Shown here one piece after another: positions 27,090 through 38,840 of a stretch of 64,000 nt of DNA (its first letter is position 1; each line of letters begins with the position of its first letter). The DNA comes from Isurus oxyrinchus (taxonomy: Eukaryota). The position numbers and the translations under genes were made by a program. The notes under the pieces are model-generated. The model was not told the origin of the DNA, did no database searches, and saw only the letters and a program-made list of their open reading frames with translations. The stretch lies in the NCBI GenBank assembly GCA_026770705.1, contig JANJGN010000026.1, positions 31,124,001 through 31,188,000 on the forward strand. The letters are read 5' to 3'.

Positions 27090-27890
27090 AGAGACTGCCC
27101 TTGATATCAAGACAGCATTTGCCCGAGTGTGGCAACAAGGAGCCCAAGCAAATCTGCAATCAGTGGGCATCAGGGGAAAAAGTCTCCGAAGGTTGGAGTC
27201 ATACTTAGCACAAAGGAAGGTGATTGTGGCTGTTGCAGGTAAGTCATCACAGCTCCAGGACAGTACTGCAGGTGTTCCTCAGGGTACTGGCCTAGGCCCA
27301 ACCATCTTCAGCTGCTTCATAAATTACCTTCCTTTCATCATAAGGTAAGAAGTGGGGTTCTGTTGAAGGGTCATGAGGACTCGAAACGTCAACTCTTTTC
27401 TTCTCTGCCGATGCTGCCAAACCTGCTGAGTTTTTCCAGGTAATTCTGTTTTTGAAGTGGGGATATTGGCTGATGATTGCACAATGTTCAGCACCATTCG
27501 TGACTCCTCAGATACTGGAGCAGTCCATGTCCAAATGCAGTAATGCGTGGACAATATCCAAGCTTGGGCTGACAAGTGGCAAATAACAGGCAATGGCCAT
27601 CTCCAACAAGAGAGAATCCAACCATCATCTCCTTGATGTTCAATATCATTACTATCACTGAATCCCCACTATCAACATCCTGGGGGGATACTATTGATCA
27701 AAACCTGAGCTGAACTAGCCATACAAATACAGTGGCAACAAGAGCAGGTCAGAGGCTAGGACTCGTGCGATGAGTAACTCACCTCCGGACTCCCCAAAGC
27801 CTGTACACCATCTAAAAGGCACAAGTCAGGAGTGTGATGGAACACTCTCCTCTTGCCTGGATGAATGCAGCTCCCACAACACTCAAAAAG
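27090..27890 (+). mobile_element. LINE RT fragment with nested Penelope-derived insertion (27358-27453)
   Basis: GVPQGTGLGPTIFSCFINYLP; insertion flanked by GAAGTGGGG duplication at 27349-27357 and 27454-27462. Confidence 0.85.
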
Positions 27891-28349
27891 GATAGGTGGG
27901 ATGCAGATTTCAGGTTAATATCAGATCATCCATGATCTTATTAAATGGCACAACATGCTCGAGGAACTGAATGGCCTACTCCTGCTCCTTTTTGTACTCT
28001 CGTATCTTTGAATGGTCCAGTGCAGTCATAACTGAGATAAGGTCATCAGGTCAAGGGCAGTGATCACTGAAACAGGGTAAAGTGGCCATCTCACATTTTA
28101 AAGTTGCTCTGCCATTCAGTAATATCGTGGCTGATTTCCAAATTCAACGTCACATTCTCGCACTCTCCCCATATCCCCTGATCCTTTTAGTATCCAAAAG
28201 CCTATAGAATATTGTCTTGCATACACACATGAACACCCACCGCTCTCTGAGTTACAGAATGCCACAGATTCACAACAATAGTTCTACTGCAGATCCTTTT
28301 TCCTTCTCCGTTCTAATGGATGACTCTTTATTCTGAAGCTGTGATCCCG

Positions 28350-29140
28350 AGTCAAGTGGCAAGTAAATGCAGAAAAGTATGATCTGATTCATCTTAGTAC
28401 TAAAAGTGAAAAGAAGCAATATGAAATTAAGGGTTCAGTTGCAAAGGGAATGTAGGAGTAGAGGAGCCTTTGGGTCTATGTGCATAAATAATTGAATAGC
28501 ACAGGGCAGATTGAGAAAACGGTTACTAAATATACAGCATGCCAGTCTTTATAAATAGGGTATAAAGGATGCAAACAAGGGAATTATGACAAATCTGTGC
28601 AAAAGACTTGGCCTCAGCTGGAGTATTATGTGTCGTTTTGGCCATCGCACTTTCGGGTGGAAGTGAAGGCATGAGAGCTGGTGCAGAAAAGTCTCATGGG
28701 AATGATTCCAATGGAAATTAATTTAAGTTACGTGGATGGTTGGTCTCTGTGGAGAGGGGAAGATTAAGTGGAGATTTGATAGATATGTTAGGGATGTGCA
28801 AAATGATGCGGGAAATGGACAACATATGTCGGGAAGGATTGAGAATGAAAGGGCTGTGATACAAGGCGATTGGCAAAAGATGCAACGGCGACATGATGGA
28901 AATCTTTTCCCATGGACTGAGTAATTCACATCTGAAATGTGCATCCTGAGTGTGTGGTGGCAGCAGGTCCAATCGTGGTTTTCAATAGGGTATCAAATAA
29001 TAACCTGAAGAGCAAAGCATTGCAAAGCCAGAGAGAAAAGACGGAGAGTGGGACTGGGAGAGTTGCATTTGAAATGGGCTAGCACGGACATTACGGGGTG
29101 AATGGCCTCTATCTGAGATATAACCATGCGACGATTCAGT
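28350..29140 (+). mobile_element. Decayed CR1 LINE 3' part
   Basis: tggcaagtaaatgcagaaaagt..., cctcagctggagtatt..., gaatggcct tail. Confidence 0.75.
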
Positions 29141-30203
29141 GATTTAATAATTCTATACATTTTCTACTTGAGAAACAAAAAATCCTTAAATAGGAAGGAG
29201 GTGAGAAAATGGAAGAACTGAAGGAATGCCTTTAACAGAATAAATGGACAGGAAACACGAAATTTACTCTTTGATGGCATGTGGGCGTCGCTAGCAAGGC
29301 CAGCGTTTGTTGCCTATCTCTAATTGCCCTTGAATTGAGTGGCTTGCTGGTCCATTTGCGAGGGAGGTTAAGTGTCAAGCATATTGCAGTGGCTCTGCCC
29401 AGCCATTGATTCAATGGTGGAATTGGCCAATCATGGTGCTGTGACTGATGGAAAGTGTTGGGGGGTCGTCGATTCCAAGGGGCAAACTTCCATCATCTTT
29501 GTGAAAAGTGCATTCAACAATGTTTGTGGGTCGTAACCTCTACATAAATGCAGCCGGTTATTAAGATAGAACGGCCCTATTTTAAGAGGGATCACTGTTG
29601 AGGTACGCATGTTCTCACCCACTGCAGCGCGGCCCGTGAACACAAAGGGACCTTTCCCAGCTGCGGTAATTGTGGGAGATGCTGACCTCCATGGAAAGAT
29701 AATTGGTGGAGTGAATCCAAATCCAAACTACCCTCAGCTGGGAACTGCCCGGTCTCTTGCGTGTTCCCTCGAGGGGACGGAATCTCGCAGCCGATTGTAG
29801 CCCGAATGCTGGAAATCACAGGAGATGATGAAGGTTTATCAAGTCAAACGGGGAAACGCGGTTTCAACAGCAAAAGGGAAAGAAACTAATTTGCTGTTAT
29901 CTGAGGTAAAAGGCAGCAATAAATTCACCCTAGATTACAAATCGGTACATTATGAATTTTTCCAGGAAAAAGGAGATGAGAATGTGGAATAATTTCATGA
30001 ACTATGTTTGAAGGCGAATTGGACAGGAGAAGATACCAAGAATTATAAGGAGCGAGAAGGAAATGCAGATTTAATGAGTTTAATCACTTCATTCTGTACT
30101 GTAAAGTTGTAAGAGCCACTGAAAATATATTCATGAACAATATTTGTTCTCCAAATTTCCATGCATTGTGTATCTCCATTTGTCTGCAATCCCACGATGT
30201 TCA

Positions 30204-30550
30204 GGATTTTGTACAGCTCTCTCCGTGCTGTTTCACTATGTGTCTGTAATCACACTATGTTCAGGATTTTGTACAGCTCTCTCCATGCTCTGTATCACTG
30301 TGTGTCTCTCATCCCACCACGTTAAATTTTTGTATAGCTCCCTCCCGTGCTCTGTATCACTGTGTATCTGTAACCCCACCATGTTCAGGTTTTTGTACAG
30401 CTCTCTCCGTGCTCTGTATCACTGTGTGCCTCTAATCCCATCATGTTAAATTGTTGTACAGCGCCCTCCGTGCTCTGTATCACTGTGTGTCTGTATTTCC
30501 CACCATGTTCAGGTTTTTGTACAGCTCTCTCTGTGCTCTGTATCACTGTG
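30204..30550 (-). repeat. Tandem array of six ~61-bp units, each containing a 23-type RSS
   Basis: Heptamers at 30544-50, 30481-87, 30420-26, 30358-64, 30296-302 (CACAGTG) and 30234-40 (CATAGTG). Spacers 23, 23, 23, 24, 23, 21. Perfect ACAAAAACC nonamers at 30512-20 and 30388-96. Confidence 0.92.
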
Positions 30551-30856
30551 CTCTGCGCCGACTCAGTGCACAGTAATACACAGCGGAGTCGCTCAGTTGT
30601 AGTTTGGAGATAATTAACCGGCTGATTTTCTTGGCAGAATCGATAGAAGCAGAAATTCTCTCCCCGACAGCATTTTCTTTATTCTCCTCTCCTGAAGTGT
30701 GTCTCTGAAGCAGATATTCCGGAGCCTGTCCTGGGGACTGACGGTACCAGTGTACTGTGTACTGACAGATACCTGAATATTCACAGCTTAAAGTAACGGT
30801 GTCACCGGCAGCAGAGGTTTGTAAAGGCGGATTCTGGAATATCAGGAGACGGGAAC
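30551..30856 (-). CDS. TRDV: Leaderless supporting TCRdelta V of NAR-TCR type, intact
   Basis: Acceptor ttttcacccttcag (phase 1); GSRLLIFQNPP..VTLSCEYSGICQYTVHWYRQSPGQAPEYLL..LQLSDSAVYYCALSRR. Non-canonical CDR1 Cys, no leader seen upstream, perfect 23-RSS. Confidence 0.9.
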
Positions 30857-31579
30857 CTGAAGGGTGAAAAATTAACATTTTGCTTTTGTTTAGCTACTGC
30901 TGATATGGGGAATTTGTCAATCGCGCGAACAGCTTTGTTTTTTTTTTATCTCGATTTGAAGCCTGTTCGAACGCTGCTCATTGTTACTGAACTATGGTCA
31001 ACTGGGGAATGAGATGATATTTTCTCTTCCATAGCGAATTCCTCCGATCAGGACTTTACTATCTGAATGGGTTTTGGGAACAGATTCAGTAGTAACTTTC
31101 AAACGGGTGATGTATCTGTTCTGAAGCAGAAAAAATGCAGGAATATGGAGAATATGCATGAGTGGTGGGAACAATTGGATTACACTTTTAAAGGGACAGC
31201 ACTTACACGATGGGCCGGATGTCATCCTTCCGCGCTGTATGGTTCTATTATGTATATTAGATGTGTTTTTATTTTCCCTGCTGAGAGACAACCCCGAGGG
31301 AACTTCTTATTAACAGTGAAACAGTCAGTTTCCAAAAACTATTTGTCAGACAGTGACCCAGATATAACGCATCACTGCGCACAGCAAGATTCAACAGAAT
31401 GCGATTGCAATTCGGCAGCACCAATCGGGTCAAACAGATAGTGAATATCGATGGTGAAATGACACCCATTAGCTTCATTTTAACACTTCTCAGTTGCTTC
31501 CATCTGCTCTTGTGTCTATTAGTTTATTTTCTTCGATCAATCTCTGTTTCCCCATTTCTCTTTAATTTGAAATATTTAT

Positions 31580-32520
31580 AGTTAGTTTCATTTTATTTTT
31601 ACATTTATTTTGCACTATTTGTACGTCTTACAATCGTGGGAACTTGTCCCAATCTCTTTCAGTTGTCGGTTGGCTTCAGTCTGTTCAGTTTCCGCAGTGG
31701 TTTTACTGTTACTCACTGGGAACTGCCTCTTCCGCCTCTCTGACAATTTCAATTCTTTCGCCTTTTGACTGATTTCTCGGCGTTCTCTGGGCGGAGTTTT
31801 CTCTAAGTTTTTCAATGTACTCCATCTGCAGGAGAGAGACCAGCCATTCGGCACAGTGACTTATGTTGTGGGTATTCTCCATACCAGTACCCCCAACCCG
31901 AAATCTAATTGACCATTTCCATCCAGCTCCCTGAGCCGCCCTGTTCCGTTCTCCCTCCTGTATTTTCAGCCTTCCCATAAATCCACCAATAATGTCTGCT
32001 CCAACCACTCAATGTGGCATCAAGTTCCACATTCTGATGCGTCGTAGCGCACATTTTTCTTCTTAATATCTTTGTTCCGTTAGTGACGATCTGATATTAA
32101 TGTCCTACTGACCTGGACTCATGCACCAATATACAGCTGTAACCCATGCACTCCATTAAACCCGTTCATAATTTAAAAGATTTCTCTGAATTCTCTCCCT
32201 GGTTCTATGTTTTCCAGAGAAAGGTGACCCAGCCTGTTCAATCTTTCCAGAGAGTTTTGCATTTTTGCTGATTTCTTTTCTCAGAACTTTAAGAAATCAA
32301 TGCAAAGAATCTTACAAAGAGAAGCAGGAATGGCCATAACAACTTTCAAACCTGCTCGGACGTTCAATAATATCGTGGCTGATCTTCGACGTAAGCATCA
32401 CATTCCCATATTCCCAATTTATTTTAATAACCTAACATCTATGGAACACTCCCATTCATCCACTGAGTATCCGCAGCTCTCTGAGGTATTGAATGCAACA
32501 GGTTCAGAACAGTAGCCTCA
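31580..32520. repeat. Segmental duplication unit, paralogous to 37540-38520
   Basis: Shared blocks such as ttcagtctgttcagtttccgcagt.gttttactgttactcactgggaactgc and gaaatctaattgaccatttcca. Confidence 0.9.
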
Positions 32521-32602
32521 GGAAATACCCAGCAGTATCTGCTCTGTCAGCCCGTTGAGAATATATGTTCCAATGAGATCAGCTCACATTCCTTGAAACT
32601 AC

Positions 32603-33524
32603 TGTTGCGAAAGTATAATGAGTTTTATAATATTTTTTTTCTGGTTTATTCTGCAGTATGTTAATGGATGTAAGTATTGTTGGCTCTGTCTGTGTGATTT
32701 TATTGCATTTGGAGTCAAGTGTGCAGCAAGCTTGAAATTATCAAAGGAAGCTATTTGTGTGGAAATATGCTTGAAATGTTAAGACGTAAATGTGGATGGG
32801 GCTTAGCATGTAAGTGTAAAGGGAATTTGGGCTTCAAAGGGATGCTAGGCTGCATAAAATTAGCTAGATAAGAAAGGCTAAGACGTTCGTGTTAATGTGC
32901 TCCTAAGGGAGCTGACAATATTGACAACATGAAAGTTTTCATATAGTGAGGAAGATGCAGTTTTAAAGACATATGGGACAATAGAATTTACATGTTAAAG
33001 AGAGAGAAACATACATACGGGAGAATGAAAAGTGATGTGAGGAGAGGGCCATGTAAGATCTAACATGAATTCGTGAAACAACCTTTATGAAGCAGCCAGA
33101 CATTTTTGCATATGTCTGCTTTGTGATGTTAGTGATGTTGGGGAAGCCATTTGGAATTCCACTGTCAAGTGTGTGCTACGTTAACTTGCTGGTTCTGTTT
33201 TAAATCAAAAATCTATTTGGACTGTTGCCGTTAAGGGGTGTATAACTGGGTGTCAAGTTAATTCAGAATTTTAGGAGTTGTTATGGTAGTAAATACCTTG
33301 TCATCTCATGTATGTGTTTGGAATATTTTATTTTGTGAATAAATCTTCTAATTTAATTTCTTAAAAGTCTCTAAATGTCTTGCTGGACTCATTACTTCAG
33401 AATCAATGCAAATATCGATTGCAAAACCGTTGTGACAGAGCGATGAAGTTTCCCTTGTGGATTTGACCCACCTAGCACACATCACCTGCCATGTGATATC
33501 ATAACTGGGGGCTCTTTGCGGGAT
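32603..33524 (+). mobile_element. LTR plus tRNA-Pro-like primer-binding site (LTR retroelement remnant)
   Basis: TGTTG...CATAAC followed by TGGGGGCTCtttgCGGGAT (33506-33524), close to PBS-Pro TGGGGGCTCGTCCGGGAT; related LTR at 49183-50309. Confidence 0.7.
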
Positions 33525-33769
33525 GTTAGAAATTCCTTGATTAGTTCGGAGATGTTCAATCTTAAGGCTACGAGTGTCAGAAGAACATTGAATCCAGGAA
33601 TTGGTATGGGGCTTTTAAAGTGGTGAGACTGTAAAAGTGGCTGTATCCATAGCACACATCATCTGACACATCATAACACAAGGGAATGCAGATTGTCATT
33701 CCTTCACCTCTTCTCATAGGATAAACCATTTAACTCAGGAAGCTGCCTGATGAAACTTTGTTCACTTCC

Positions 33770-34680
33770 TTCAACACATATAGATCTTTTCTCGATTATG
33801 AATCTTAACCTTTACGCAGCACATAGAGTGGAGTACAGTGCAGTCCTTCCCACACACAATACTTCTACCAATTGGTTTTAATACCGAGGAGTACTGATTC
33901 ATCAGCTCAAGTGGCGGTTCGTACATAGCTGATAAGAAGTAGGAAGTTTGCTTCCTATGTTTGGGCTGGCGCCATGAGACGCCTTGCGGTCTGCAGTTAA
34001 TATTGAGGCTTCCCAAGGCAACTCCCTGCTCACTGTATATCACCGTGCAGCCACTTCTGGGTCTATCCTGTCGGTAGCACAGGACATGCACAGGGATAGT
34101 GATGGTGCTGTATAAGACATTGTACGTTATGATTCCGTGAGCTTGACTCTGCCAGGTTGTTGCTTGACAAACATGTGGGAAAGCTCTCCCAGTTTTAGCA
34201 CATACTTCCAGATGTTAGTAAGGAGGACACTGAAAGGATGGACAGGCCTGGGTTTGCCATTCTCATTTCCGAAGCCTAGGCAGATGGCCGGTGGTATGCC
34301 AAGTGATGTGGTCCATGTTCCATCCTTTTCTTTGAGACTTAGTAACCATTTGATACAAATAAGTAGCTTGCTTGGCCATCATTTCACCAAGCACTTAAGG
34401 ATAAACCACAACGCTTTGTGTCTGAAGTCATATGTAGTTTAAACCAGGTAAGAACAGCAGATTTCTTTCCATTAAGCAGAGTATAGTGCTGGGCAGTTCG
34501 AAACAATCGGCAGTAGTTTCATGATCACCATACTAAGAACAACATTTAACTCCTGGTGCTTGGATTCCACCAGCTGCTGCGGTGGGATATGAACCAGAGT
34601 TAGCACACAGAGGATTAACAGGGCTGCTGGGTTACTTGTCTAATGACAGTACCACGAGGCCACCCCTCCCCATGCAGATT
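33770..34680 (-). mobile_element. LINE fragment plus tRNA-derived SINE
   Basis: SINE part (34370-34670) resembles 13280-13640; upstream part resembles a LINE endonuclease region. Confidence 0.6.
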
Positions 34681-34726
34681 ATTTGCCTGGATACTTGGTA
34701 ACACGTCGCGGTTTTCAGTCACTTAC

Positions 34727-35071
34727 CAGCTGTGACAGTCACCTTTGTCCCGGATCCGTCTACAGAACCATCTTTCCAAACGGAACCACATCCATATTTA
34801 TACTGAGCTTTGCAGTAATAGGTGGCCGTGTCTTCAACTCTCACATCCCGAATTTCCAGCGAAAAAATCTTTTCTGCTTTATTTATTGACACAACAAATC
34901 TCCCCCCGCTGGATATCCGCTCGTGCTCAGTCCCGGTCTGGGTTTGTCTGAAGAATTGTCCGTCCTCTAAACGATGAGAATTACCTTTGAAAGCACAGGT
35001 GATGATGAGGGACTGACACTCCTTCCTGGTCACCGCTGCCGGGGTCTGTACCACTGACTGACTGAAAGAGC
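34727..35071 (-). CDS. Germline-joined NAR-TCR-type VDJ exon (345 nt, phase 1/1, open frame)
   Basis: Acceptor tttaatttccag; SFSQSVVQTPAAVTRKECQSLIITC..YYCKAQYKYGCGSVWKDGSVDGSGTKVTVTA; G|GTAAGT donor. No RSS between the V and J parts. Short NAR-like CDR2 region and FR1 Cys. Confidence 0.92.
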
Positions 35072-35213
35072 CTGGAAATTAAACAAAAAGAGTTTAACTG
35101 GCCGTCAGAGCCGAACCAAATAACGGGGCTAAAACTCATGACAGTGTTTATAATTGGGATGGACTCGGGCAGCTTTATCTTAATTCTACACAATATCGGT
35201 TTGTTTGATCGGT

Positions 35214-35295
35214 AGCCACGGGGTAAACAGGCACACAGGGTAAAAACAAATTAAATTCCCATCCTTCTGCTTCCTGGAGCTGATAGTTTGTATGA
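35214..35295 (-). pseudogene. Inactivated leader exon and TATA of the germline-joined unit
   Basis: ATG GGA ATT TAA (stop at codon 4, 35253-35251); donor GTGAGT changed to GTGGCT; TATAAA changed to TACAAA, relative to the paralog at 41019-41092. Confidence 0.88.
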
Positions 35296-35317
35296 CGGGG
35301 AGCAGGAGATTGCAGCA

Positions 35318-35812
35318 ATAAAAACAGAAAATGCTGCAGAAATTCAGCAAGTCTGGCAGCATCTGTGGAGATTGTAACAGCGTTAACATTTCCAATCGCT
35401 GTGGAGTGGTGTTGTTGCTAGGCTAGTAGTCCAAGGACGCAGGGTAATATCCTGTGGCCCCGCGTACGAGTTTAGCCACGGCAGATGGTGGAGTTTGAAT
35501 TGAATAAAAATCTGGAATCAAAAGTCGAATAGGATGACCATACAACCATTGTCGATTGTTGTAAAACCCATCAGGTTCACTAACAGCTTTTAGGGAAGAA
35601 AATCTGCTAATCTTAGCTGGTCTGGCCTACATATGACTCCAGACCCATAGTAATGTTGTTGTCTCTGAAATACGCGGATAGCCAATAAATGCTGGCCTTG
35701 CCAGTAGTGCCCACATCCAAAGAATAAAATAAAAGGTGCTGCCAGAACTGCTGAGTTATTTCCAGCATTTATTGTTTTTATTTCAGGTTTCCACGGTGTT
35801 CTGCTTAAATGT
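35318..35812. mobile_element. Composite insertion (Penelope-derived ends around a tRNA SINE) in the promoter of the germline-joined V
   Basis: Absent from the paralogous promoter at ~41100; flanked by AGGAGA(T/C)TGCAGC at 35305-35317 and 35813-35825. Confidence 0.8.
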
Positions 35813-37019
35813 AGGAGACTGCAGCTCTGAACTGCTCAGGGAGACTGGAACTCAGAGCTGGACTGAAATATTTTAGACAGTACAGTTGATTTGCAGAGGA
35901 CGATGTCCCGCAGATGATTGATTAGCTGCCCCATTCCCATCTCTCTGCTTGTGTGTTTTCTGAACAAGTGACAGGTTTAAAAACGGAACTAGCAGTTTCA
36001 TATTGCTTCGTTGGGCCTGTAAGCCTGATGTGAAGTCCCCTCTCCCATTTGTCTGATGTACAGTGCCCAGTGTAATGGGGCAAGGAAGGTGGATTTGTTT
36101 CCATTAGTGAAATCTGCAGCCCTCATTCTCCCACAGTAATGACCTGGCAGATCTGTCCATGTGTGTTTGGCAAATGGTATTTTATGAGAATGGAGTGTGA
36201 AAGAATCCCTCTTTCCTCAATTTTATTCTAACTGTCATGAAAAAACAGAAAATGCTGGAAAGAACTCGGCAAGTCTGGCAGCATCTGTGAAGAGTCTGTA
36301 TAACTCTTCTTCAGAGCTGCCTGTGCGGGAAATTATTAAACATCTCCCTGAACTGGCTGGTGGGTCTTCAGCTGAAAGTCTGTTCCAAGGGAAGGAGCCT
36401 TACACCCGCCATAGTCCAGGAACTGAGGATCAGATTACAATGTGAGACAGTCCAGAGACTTTGCCAATATTAAGGCGGAAGTACAGAAATACCACAAAGA
36501 ATAAGCTCTCTACTTCATTGAAACAAATGCTTGCTGCAACCTTCCCCTATGACTTGCATTTAAAATGATGTTTCCAGAAAACAATGTTTGATTTCTAGGT
36601 CTGGTTTATTCAGAGTTTCCAGTTGTAGTGTTAGAACATGAAGCCACACTTAGAGGACAGTTGAAATGGGGGCAAACACTGTGTTTGGGACTTGTTTAAA
36701 GTATCACACCCACTAACTTGGTGAAATCTGTTAGTTGTGTTTAAACTGTCCTGGATCTAACAATTCGTTCTGTTGAAGTGAACCTTGTGAACTGGCCGCA
36801 GTCAAATGCTCCTGGAAACTGACGGGTTCAAGGACATGGGGCTGCTCAGTAATCCAGGCAGGCATGAAAAGGGCAGAAAAGGGCCAAGAAACTACTTCAG
36901 GAGCAGAGGACCTCACACTATCTTGTTTGACTGTACATCACATAAACATGGCCGATCGTACGTCGCTCAAAAGTGGTCGATTGTTTAATCGACCTTTGAG
37001 TAGCTCCAGATGGGCTGCC

Positions 37020-37310
37020 GCTGATCCCTAATGTGCAATAAAAGACATAAGCATCATCTAATTCATCTAAAACTAAAATAAAAACCTGAAAAAGCCTTTC
37101 TGCTTCATCCACAAGTTTTGCACATTAAATATTGTCCAATTTCCTTCTGGTTTTGAAAGCTACTGGCGCGAAATGGTGCAGAACAGCGCATGACATAAGC
37201 ATGTTTTGCCTCAGAGCTACCACAAATACAAATTGCATTTTAAAGCACATTTAGTACAATGAAAGGTCCCTTCAGCAGCTAGTGACAGTGATCTTCGTGA
37301 AGCATGAATC
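37020..37310 (-). pseudogene. Probable highly decayed supporting-type TCR V
   Basis: Acceptor cgcctctcag; remnants SLAAEGT..KCALKCNLYLW* (CDR1-position Cys) and VDEAERLF..LDDAYVFYCTL. Same position relative to the duplicated block as the intact V at 30856. No RSS. Confidence 0.45.
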
Positions 37311-38279
37311 CTGAGAGGCGGATGTGGCCGATCACCCGAGTCACCGTCTGCAATGTGGGAACACGGATACATTTTGGCATCATAATTACCAACACTCAGA
37401 TTGTAGCAGTCTCATTTTAAGAGACCACGATTCTTTAAATGGAAGGAGAAATATTATCTGAATGTATTTCAATCAGCATTTATTTGGAAAAAAAAACATA
37501 ATTTCTTCTATCAATAGGTTTAAATTTTTTTCCAATTCCACTTATTTTGATATATTTACATTTAGTTTCATTTTATTTCTCCATTTCCTTTGTGCAGTTT
37601 GTGCTTCTTGCATGGGAACGTAGCAATCGTGAGAACTTGCCCCAAAGTCTCTCAGTTGTCTGTTGGGTTCAGTCTGTTCAGTTTCCGCAGTAGTTTTACT
37701 GTTACTCACTGGGAACTGCGTCTTCCCCCTCTCTGACAATTTAATTTTTTTTTTCCGCCCATTTACTGATTGACTGGTTGAAGTTTTCTCGAATTGTAAT
37801 TTAACATAATATCTGCCAGAATAGGAATAATCCATTCCGCTCAAATGATTTATGCCTGTGTACTTACTGCGGACCAGCCCCCATCTGTCTGAAATCTAAT
37901 TGACCATTTCCAGTCAGCTCCCTGAGTCAGTCTGTTCCGTTCTCCCTCCTGTATTTTCAAGTCTTCCCATAAATGTATCAATACTACCTGCTCCAACCAC
38001 TCCCTGCAGCAGCAAGTTCCACACTCTGACCTGCCTGTCTTTACACTTCTTCCTAATGTCATTATTTGTTCTGTTAGTGACTGTCTTATTCTAATGGCTC
38101 TAGGCTCACCCACAAATAAGCAGCTATTCCGCAAATACCCCAATGAACCCACTCGTTATTTAAACGATTTCCATGAATTCTGCTTTTCTTTCCCTGTTCT
38201 CCAGAGACATGATGCCCGGTCTGTTCAACCTCTCCACAGAAATGTAGATTATTCCTGATTTCTTTTCTCAGAAGTGTAA

Positions 38280-38840
38280 CAGATCAGAGCAGTTAATGTA
38301 ACAAACAGAAGCAGGAGCGGCCACGTCACTTTTCAAATCTTTTCCGACATTCAATAATAACCTGACTCATCTCCTAACTCAGCATCACTTTGCAGCAATG
38401 TCCCCATATCCCTTGATTCTTTTAGCATCCCGAAATCTATTGAACGCTTCCTTTAAAGCATCCAACTACTGGGCATTCACAGCTCTCTGAAGAAGAGAAT
38501 GTCAGAGGTTCACAACAGTGGCTTCACTGAAGAAATTTCTCTTCTTCTCATTTCTCAGGATCAAGTCCTTATTCTGAAACTGTGACCCCTAGTTATAGGC
38601 TTCTCAGCCTGGGAAGACACCCACCGGGAATCTATCATGTCCTGAATATTAGATGTTCTAATGAAATGACATCTCATTCATCTAAGCTCCAGCGAACATA
38701 GGCCCAGACAACTCAATCTCTTCTTATACGACAATCCCTTTATCTCAGGGATCAGTCTGATGAACCTTTGCTGCACGCCCTCCAATGCATGTAGATCCTT
38801 CCTTAAGTAAGGAGACCAAAACTTTACAAAGCATTCCAGA
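38280..38840 (-). mobile_element. CR1 LINE 3' fragment
   Basis: LECFVKFWSPYLRKDLHALEGVQQRFIRLIP. Confidence 0.85.

Noticed and set aside
29490-29815. GC-richer minus-strand segment after an acceptor-like site, faintly V-like
   Set aside because: No frame gives the C, W or YYC anchors; too degenerate to call.
30204-30550. Regularly spaced repeats as a CRISPR array
   Set aside because: Vertebrate DNA; whole units are repeated with no unique spacers and the core is an RSS.
31852-31890. Isolated CACAGTG heptamer
   Set aside because: No nonamer at the proper spacing; chance match next to a LINE tail.
34727-35262. Joined VDJ as a processed retrocopy
   Set aside because: The leader-V intron, promoter homology and the J splice donor are all retained.
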